Below, piece after piece: positions 55,534 to 64,000 of a stretch of DNA of 64,000 bases (within the stretch, counting starts at the first letter, position 1; each line of letters opens with the position of its first letter). Source of the DNA: Balanoglossus misakiensis (taxonomy: Eukaryota; Animalia; Hemichordata). The stretch is taken from positions 2,613,060 to 2,677,059 of the forward strand of contig CM082583.2 in NCBI GenBank assembly GCA_040954595.2, given 5' to 3'. The translations under genes were made by a program, and so were the position numbers. The notes under the pieces are model-generated. The model worked only from the letters and a program-made list of their open reading frames with translations, was not told the DNA's origin and searched no databases.

Positions 55534-55880
55534 ATAGAATCTCACACTCCGAGGACCTGGATCATATTTCTCACACGAGTTGGGGATTTCTATCCCACAC
55601 TCGTCTGCGGCTCGTGTGGGACAGCATATTCCCGACAAGTGTGAGAAATATGATCCCAGGTCCTTGGTATGTGAGATTATATTTCTCACATGGCCACAAA
55701 TTAGCCAAATTCGTTAAAAAAAACATTGAATAAATGACTCTGGAACTGTCGTCGGGCACGTTGTAGTCTCTGTCCCTATAATACACATCGCGCCATTGGA
55801 TAGCATTTAGCGCGCGTTAGCAAAAGACGCTTTGTCAACCAATCAGCGTGCCAGGAGTGTGAGAACCTTAAATCTCATTA
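55534..55880. mobile_element. Hairpin-headed non-coding element, copy C (right end uncertain)
   Basis: 149-nt foldback at 55534-55682. Apex on the minus strand is CACGAGcC-GCA-GaCGAGTG. TTCTCACA just after the stem complements TGTGAGAA at 55858-55865. CCAAT motifs lie inside. Confidence 0.65.
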
Positions 55881-56399
55881 AATTTAACTATTCATATATT
55901 TCTGCAGACTGGTCGCCTTCATTGAGAGAGTTTGATGAAAATAAAAAGCTTCAAATCATAAAATTAGTTACAGAGAACAGCGTAATGAAAAAAATTTCTC
56001 AGGCTAAATTTTGTCTTTGGAGAGGCCTCCAGTCCCTTGTGTTTAAGGCGCGCCTCCAGTCACTCATATCGCAATGGCGATTTTAGAGTTATGAGTACTT
56101 TGGAGTATTTATGACTCAAAATTACCTTTATGGTAGAGTTCTCCCAGAAACAGTTGTACTGTGGTTTAGAAGAAAACTTTGACAGATGTGTACTCGAAGA
56201 ACAGCAGAGACCAGATAGACATACAACTAGCCCCGTTTCTGTGACAATTGCTTGAAAAAACTTGCATTTCGCAGCAATATTGTTAGGCTCGTTAATTGTT
56301 GATATAGTATGCCGTAAATTCAGTGTCATTTGCAGATCGTTTACGATCACGGATTTCTCAGCACTATACGCTCGTACGACGCTGTAAAGTTTTCCAAAA

Positions 56400-56705
56400 T
56401 AACTGATGGAGATTGATTTTATTAAAACTTTCTTTGGAGTCGTTGAGGTCATACTTGGTGGACACTTGACATGCGTATTATTGACATTCAAGTCATTGAT
56501 TGACTCGGCACCTCCTTATATGACTGATTGTTTTCATCGTCTTTCAGAAATTATAACTTCAAATACATGTGATGCTACACTCTTGGTAAATTACATCTGT
56601 CAATTTCTGAAACTGTTAAAGATCATTCTCCTTCCATGCTGCCACTAATTGGAACACAATTCCCACCTCCAGAAGGGATAATTCAACTTTCTTTCTCTTT
56701 CAAAA
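56400..56705 (+). mobile_element. 3' end of a decayed CR1/L2-group LINE
   Basis: LLTFKSLIDSAPPYM..F, then after frameshifts RSFSFHAATNWNTIP. This matches the FK...APPYL..RSF..WN.LP C-terminus of CR1/L2 ORF2. Confidence 0.7.
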
Positions 56706-57044
56706 ATAGACAAAATCAAATAACGTGACTAGGTCTGGATGAAATTCGCAAATAGATACATATGAGCTTTACCTTCAGTTTAGTTGATAAACTAGCTTTT
56801 TATTTTACTTGGTTAAGCTTTCCGAATATTGCTAAGGCTTTTTTGCCATTTGTTTAAGGTCAATGACGGAAATTGCAATTTATTTTGTAACTCTAATTAA
56901 CAACCAATAAGCATGATAATATATATAAAACCGCAATCATTTAGTCTACAAACTGTGTTACAAAATTGAAATGCAAACAAATCCTGGGTGTCCTTAACAT
57001 TTTGTCCAGGATAATGTCTAAGATACCACTGGGCTGCCAATTTA

Positions 57045-57471
57045 TGTATGTCTGTTTGTCGGTTCATGCATGTACAAGTATGTGTGCGTCTATATTTGTC
57101 ATCAGCATCTCAACCAGATATGAACTGAATATGCTCACGTGTTAACAGTTTGATAAAGACTGGCAATGTGCAAATGTAAGCAATAAATTATTACTAAATT
57201 CAACTTTCGGTCAATGCAACTGATCTCTATTATTGAGTGTTATCTTTATGAAAACGTAGTACGTTTCATGCAGTCTGTTCAATAACCCCCGATTTATAGA
57301 TATAATTGCACTAATTATTTAATATGCAAGACCCGCCCACTAAAATCTAATCAGTTCTTGCCAGTTCTTGCCAAGCGTACCAAATTTGACCTGGATCCGT
57401 TCAGTCGTTCACACACATACAGAAAAGGCGGCGACATTACCCCACGTGTGTGTAAACAACTGAGCTAAAAA
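57045..57471. mobile_element. Internally deleted relative of the element at 3947-5020
   Basis: Shares CAGATATGAACTG.ATATGCTCACGTGTT, AAGCAATAAATTAT, AAAATCTAATCAGT.CTTGCCA and GTACCAAATTTGAC. Ends in TGAGCTAAAAA. Confidence 0.7.
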
Positions 57472-57637
57472 CATGAAAACGACTGATCAGATTTCAACAA
57501 GAGTTGGTGCGCATGCGCAGTTATTGTTTGGATGCGGCAAGATAAGATACTGATGGGCGTGACTGGCATATTGCTGATGTTTCCCGGATTTGACTGACAA
57601 TGCAGAAATAATGCGGAGAGCATGTACTGAAAATACA

Positions 57638-57755
57638 GTGTTATTCACAAAATACGGCCCTGTATGGACGAGTGCTCAGTGAGTGAAGTATTTGACGGGT
57701 GCAATACGTCACTCACCGACATTCGTGTCCAGCAGTGTTTTCCTTGAGCAGCACC
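57638..57755. repeat. Strongly decayed foldback with the hairpin-headed architecture
   Basis: GGACGAGTG.TCAGTGAGTGAAGTATT pairs imperfectly with AATACGTCACTCACCGACATTCG..TCC. The apex appears partly deleted. Confidence 0.45.
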
Positions 57756-60700
57756 GATATCCTTCGCTTGAATGCCGTAAATTGTTTTGTTATAAATAAG
57801 AACAGCGTTCCATTTGCTCGATCAGTGTATATTGAACACCAACGTGAACAATAATAAATAAACAAGAACAGAACAGGCTGACAAGCTGGAGAGTTTGTAA
57901 CGAAAAATGGTCATACATGCGCATTGATATCAGCCTTGTTGATTTTGCTATGCATTTATGGGTATTCTTGAACATTACACTATGTAAAGTTCCAGAATGT
58001 CCTACGGTAACCTACGGTAACCAAAGACATACATCTGACAAAGTCATGAGGGTTCTTAAGTTTGACTCGCCAATTAACTGCTAACTTGCATGTTTAATAA
58101 GCATGATTACAACAAGTATTATCAGTAGAGAAATGCAACGACACATTTGACGAACGTAATCATACAGCTACATCTGTTAGTGTAATTAGAACTGTTAGTG
58201 GTTTCTGATAAGTACATTGCAAATTTGCATATTAGTGACACATTTCCGAAACTACATAAAGGAATATGTTGTTGATCTCACAAACATCTGAGTGCACAAT
58301 GTTACCATTTAGTTGCGCTATATTCATATACATGTAATTATATCAATTGCATTTGTTTAATGTGGCAAGAGTTGCAGCACCAAATATGATGAAACCTGCC
58401 AGCGATACCGTTCCGAAATAACTTGGACTGCATTACGAGACATACTGTACTTTCGTGTCAACAGATCTCCCCTGCCCCCCCCCCCACCTGCCAAATGTTT
58501 TTTTTTTTTGGTGAGAGGGGTTCATATATGATTCAGTATGTCACATATGGGCTGATCAAAAAGTACTATCTCATGATTAAATCAACACATTTTATATGTA
58601 AAAATCAATTCAAAAGATAGTGGCTATAAGTACATGTGTTTCAAGTGTGCTTGTGAAAATATCTCTGATACTGATTTCAATCTTCTGATCACTTGGTGTC
58701 AGCTATTTGAAGTGAGGTCTGACCTTCCAACTCTATTAAGACCACGCAGCACTGACATACCAACAAGTTGTAATGCAATCAATTTTGCTGGAATTTGAAG
58801 CTGAGAAAACTTGATCTGTTCCGTCTGCTCTTTGTACAGAACATCGCTGTGTTTACTCACTATGCACGTAGCAACAGAACGAAATGATTTTACGATCTCA
58901 AATATGTTTGGTAACTGAAGATATGTTCATTTCGTTTAATAGGTTGGAAGAGTTTTTAAACCAGCTAACAATAGGGAATACAATTAAGTGTGTCCAGTAG
59001 ACTAGCTTATGATCAGCAGTAGTGACAGGTACAGGTTAAGCAGCCCAACCGCCCTGAACACTAGGCTTAAATACGCTATAAATCAGAGATGTTGAATAGT
59101 ATAAATGCGTTTTGGGGGTTGTCTGAAAATGTCACATACAGCGACAAAATCAATTCTAAACAAGAAAGATAAAACATGGCTAAATCAAAGTAACTTCGGA
59201 TTCAGAACGTCAAATGTTATTACTCCATATTATTGCCAAACTCTCAAATTAATTAATCTCGAATTTAATCATGTCAAACAGTGAGACACAATCTATTAAT
59301 GTTAATACAGCCAACAAGAGCTAAAATACTGTAAAAGCCCATCGTAATATTACTTTCATTGCACTAACAAATGGCATGAATTATTCGTGTTCAGCTATTG
59401 GTTCAAACTTTCAAATTACACGGACACCCCGCATTGCAAGCTTAATACAAACCATCGCACCTAAAACGGAATAAATTCACGTATCTCCGACTGATACATA
59501 TCTCCCCTTTTATTTTGCTCCGTGGCATACTTATTCACATCAACATGGTTACTAAATTGACACGTAGCGAATATTAGCAATCAGATTAAAAATAAATCTT
59601 CCTTTTGCCAAAATGGGATTACCACTTACTGATGCACCCTGCATCAATGCGTTAATGCGATTCTATCTTCTAAGGTCAATGTCAGCAGACTTTCACAAAT
59701 ATTTGATCGAAATTATTGGCCATTGACCTGAATGATTACATATTATTGTAGGATAACACCCTCATGATACAAGAAATTGCTCCGAATTGTGGAGATGGCA
59801 TTCCGGCAAAGTAATATCCATTTTGGTTAAATCGGACATATTGAACACAACTCTAATCTGCAATACAATTGTATCCACAAGGCAAAACTTAATCCCTGAA
59901 AAAAATGTGAAATGTCCAGTTTTATGGGCTTGTCACAATGAATTGTTTTATTGACAAGGGAGGTAAATCCTGGATTTGACTTCAAATAATAAAGAGATAC
60001 ATTAGCGATTTTAAAAACCAAGGCGTTGACAAGCTTAATGGTGTTTTCGAAACACAAATAACAAAATCTTCAAAAATAAAAATCCAAGGAAATGTGCTTT
60101 CCCTTTCATATATATCTATTGAATGATGACATATTCCGAGATAGATTCCGGTCACTCTATGGATAAATTACGACAGTCACGATTCGGTATACATGTACGC
60201 TAGTAGTGTACGGTTACAAATTGACTTCTGCTAACAATGTACTGAAGCCTTAGCAGTTCAAAGGGCATTTCTTACATCGATGATGGATATTTAGCTTCAA
60301 GACATGCACGCAAAAGCCGCGGTAGATAGGTACATACGATTATCATGCTTAGCAATTGATAGTCGGTATTTAGTCCTATGTTAATCAGCCATTAACATTT
60401 TCTTTTATTTCATTTTCTGCCACTGTGAGGCACTTGGCATGATATTTCTCAAGTTGTCCATGCATGGATAAGTTGTATGGAGTGATATCCACGTATTCGC
60501 AAGTCACAGCTGAGATTAGTCGAGTTGTAACATACATATAAGCTACAAGTAAATCAAATGGAACGCCGGCACCTGTCTGCAGTCTGAGATATAAATTACC
60601 TTTACTTCATTGAGAATGCATACTACAGTTTGATTAAGAAGATTAAACGTCAAGGTATGCTAGATTATTCAGGAGTAATTGGATGGAATTGGTATGTTTG

Positions 60701-61932
60701 GCAGTTCTAAGCCGTCCATAATTTAGCTGTCAAAGTTGCCACATTTTATGAGACCTGTGCACCTGCGTATATCACGAAAACCGACGTTCCTCTTTACCAC
60801 TCGAAAGCTAAGCAGTCACGGCATGATATGGATTAAAAGTGGTCATGGTTATCGAACTCATTGTGGACAAGCTAGAAAGAAACGTTTCGTGATTGGTTTC
60901 TTGCTTGCGTTTGTGTGAAACAAAATCAAAAATCCTATAATAATATGCATGAAGCGAGGATGATCTCACAAGTCGTCATAATGTCATATTTCCAACAAAA
61001 TAGAGAATATACAGTCATGTAATACGCTATTTTTCATTTGCGACGTAAATAACTGAAATAAATGAATCTTCATTATTTTAGAAATGTAAAACAATGTCTT
61101 GTTTGAATATACTAATACATGACACTAACCCTCCAATTATGTCTATGTTGGCAGATACGCGTTCAAACATATCATTTTGTAGGAGTTATAAGACTGAGAC
61201 AAAAAGTCGAATGTCATATAGACTGAAGGAAACAGGATGTACATTAGTAAAGTGTGAGAAGGGTTACATGATATGTGGATCGACCATTACAATTTGCATC
61301 AACCTGAACTAGTGCATTTGCATATCTCTGTAACATTGAAGGAAAGGTGAGACGAAATCAGTGTAGAATAGGCATTTCCCTCCTCACACCATCACAGCAA
61401 TCAAGATAAAACGATGCCCAAGTGCAATAATAAAAAATATGTCAACACGGTGTTCAGTACTGCAACAGGCCTACTCTCTGTATCTTTACAGCTCCGTAGT
61501 GTTAAGCTTAACAGCCTAACACAGAGTGTTACCGCAAGCCCCAAAGCCCCTATGACTTGTTCCTGATGTCGATATTCATTGATTTTAAAAGTATGCATAC
61601 TTTACATTGCAGAAAACGCAATAACCATTTTGTACATGAGTGACTAAACCTGATATGAACGTTGTTGCGATACAAGAACACACTCTTGACAATACGTGAC
61701 ATAATAATGTCCTGAACGTGTGTTGATATTTGAAAAGGATGGACGTGGTGAATACATTTTCCACCTTACGTTTATTGTCGCAAATATGGTGCTGTTCAGC
61801 CTCACTGATCTGACAATTTAAACGCGATTTGAAGTTTGCTAAACGTTGTGCTGGGGGAGAATGTCTTAAAGCAGTCTACCATTGAACAAAACAAAATGTT
61901 AAATACAGTGGGTGTGTAGTACAAGTACAATG

Positions 61933-62094
61933 CACAACACAACACAACACAACACAACACAACACAACACAACACAACACAACACAACACAACACAACAC
62001 AACACAACACAACACAACACAACACAACACAACACAACACAACACAACACAACACAACACAACACAACACAACACAACACAACACAACACAACA
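61933..62094. repeat. (CAACA)n microsatellite, about 32 units
   Basis: Perfect pentanucleotide run. It explains the LCCVV and HNTTQ ORFs. Confidence 0.98.
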
Positions 62095-62249
62095 TAGTTT
62101 AGTTAGCTGAAAAGCAAATTACATCCGAGCGAATTTATTCTACTTGTTACCACAAAATATTAACCTGAATAGAGACTTGTGGTAGAGAGGCTGCGCCTAA
62201 GGCATTTACAACAAACCTGTTCGTTAGCACTTGTAATTTTAGCAATCTG

Positions 62250-63170
62250 AATATCACGCACTCATGCCCTTTTGCATAGATGGTTGCAGAGACACTATGC
62301 GTCTTTTAATAGAGTTAACAAATTTCAGCAGATTTACAAATAAAATTAAGAGGTGATCAGAATGGTGCAGAGGGGGCAAGAGAAGTAAGACTAGTGGGAA
62401 AGTCGTTTTGAGAATCAAAAAGATTTTGTCGGGGGAAAAAAGAGTAGGAGTAGAGATGAAAATAACATAAAGGGGTTTTATGAAAAACAATGGGGAAAGA
62501 ACACGAGGGTAAGGTTTTGGATGAACGAAATTGTACAATTAGACTTCACTGGAGCTTTGTGGTGAGGAGAAACGGTGACCTGGTAAGGGTACAGTGCAAT
62601 ATACGGGTAGAACTAAATGTAATAAAGGAAATGAGCGAAATCAGGACACGAATACATATATCAAGCAGGACAATAAGAGTACCAAGCAACATAAGGTGGA
62701 AAATTATGTGCAATACTAAAAATAGCAGATATGATGAGGGAAATGTCAGGACGATATACAGCATAGATGTACTGCCAACAAATGAAAACAAACTTCTAAT
62801 AATAGGAAAGAAGTAATAGGAATAAAGGAGAGGGGGAAGTACAAGGAAACGAAGAATAAAATGTTGAATGGAAAATTATGGCGGGGAAGAAGAATGATTA
62901 TGAAAACACGTGACACGGTAGGATATGCCGAGCATGCAAGGGTAATGGAAAACAGAAAATGGTTCGGACAGTAGGGGAAGAATAAGAACTAACATGAAAT
63001 TATGTATTGCAATAAAGTTGAATGTCAATATCTTGGGACTTGACTTGGCTACGAAATGCAAACTCTGAGAAAAGGAGAGGTAAGAATGACATCGGAGTAT
63101 TTGTAGCAATGAAAAAAATCAGAGGTTCTTGGATGTTTTAGAGGAGGCGTTATCCTAAGAAACATCTAGA
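62250..63170 (-). mobile_element. Possible very old CR1-group LINE 3' remnant
   Basis: Strongly purine-skewed plus strand. The minus strand at 62452-62429 reads YSYSFFPR, like the SFFPR motif near the end of CR1-group ORF2. Little else is recognisable. Confidence 0.3.
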
Positions 63171-64000
63171 GCAAAGCTGAACATTAGAAATTATTACAAT
63201 TATCGTGCATATCTTGCATATCTGCATAGTAGTGTATACGAGAAATGCAAACGAAAAGAAATACAGTGAAATGTGGATTTGCAAAAGTTACGGATAGCAG
63301 GGGCGGTTGGGGAATAGAGACATGTTTGAAAACCAAGGAGCATTAAAGTACAACAAGGACGATTTGCGATATAAATTGCAAAGTTCCATAACGTCGGCTG
63401 TACTCGAAAGCGTGACGATAACATTCAAGTGACGTCAAACGTCTCCAGGATGACTAACTGAATATAATTATAGTAACAGTTTATATATGTCATTTCTCCA
63501 ATCAAACTTATAGTTGTGGGAAAATAAGTATGGGCTGAAAATTATTTATACTCTAATTTCCGTGCTTTTATTGCGTTCTACTATTAAATTTTTAATTTCT
63601 TTCGGCCCATTAGCGGTTTTGAAAATAAGTGTTTCTTATCACAATAGAGGCGTTTCATTTGTGGCGCACGCTGGCACGGTATTATACTTCACATTCAATA
63701 TATTCCTTGTATTTATGACATTTACAATTTATTTATGGCATTTCTGACATCTTATAAGATAATTTATTTACAAAACTAAAATTTACTTGCCCGGAATACG
63801 ATTTTTTTGCAAACCAGTGTCTAAAACTAGATATTATATCTGCAACATTACTTGCTGCATGTGCATTTTATTTTTCCGTTAGGTTTTTCTCAAATTGTTA
63901 CAAAGATATACTAAGATACACCAGCATCGTGTACACAAATTTGAAAAAACTAAAACCTCCAATTGTTATGTAATACTAGAAAAAGCCCAAATGTTACATA

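Noticed and set aside
61802-62097. LCCVV and HNTTQ repeat ORFs
   Set aside because: Translations of the (CAACA)n microsatellite in several frames.
62254-63109. Hydrophobic minus-strand ORFs as membrane proteins
   Set aside because: Explained by pyrimidine-rich composition. No splice structure or domain support.

Overview
AT-rich, gene-poor eukaryotic DNA, probably from a marine invertebrate. That origin is inferred only from the repeat families. No intact protein-coding gene, tRNA, rRNA or CRISPR array can be supported. The window looks intronic or intergenic, with a plausible Pol II promoter and first exon near 955-1112, and is filled with repeats. Retroelements: a dead RTE-X-like LINE (about 19.0-20.7 kb), three CR1-group LINE scraps, and a rearranged Penelope-like element with a split GIY-YIG endonuclease and an intact-looking type I hammerhead ribozyme (42.2-42.8 kb). 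DNA elements: several TIR elements (Academ-, Kolobok-, ISL2EU- and Harbinger-like) and Helentron/HINE-like elements, one carrying a 146-bp tandem array. Microsatellites are also present. The most unusual signal is a set of non-coding elements with different sequences but a shared architecture, at 28975, 39576, 40909, 55534 and 57638. They share a long hairpin whose mismatches recur as tandem GA/GA pairs, and three of them have a GNA or GNNA mini-loop at the apex. In the clearest copy, the sequence just after the hairpin is the reverse complement of the element's far end, as expected if the ends join into a circle. All superfamily names come from recalled hallmarks, not database searches.
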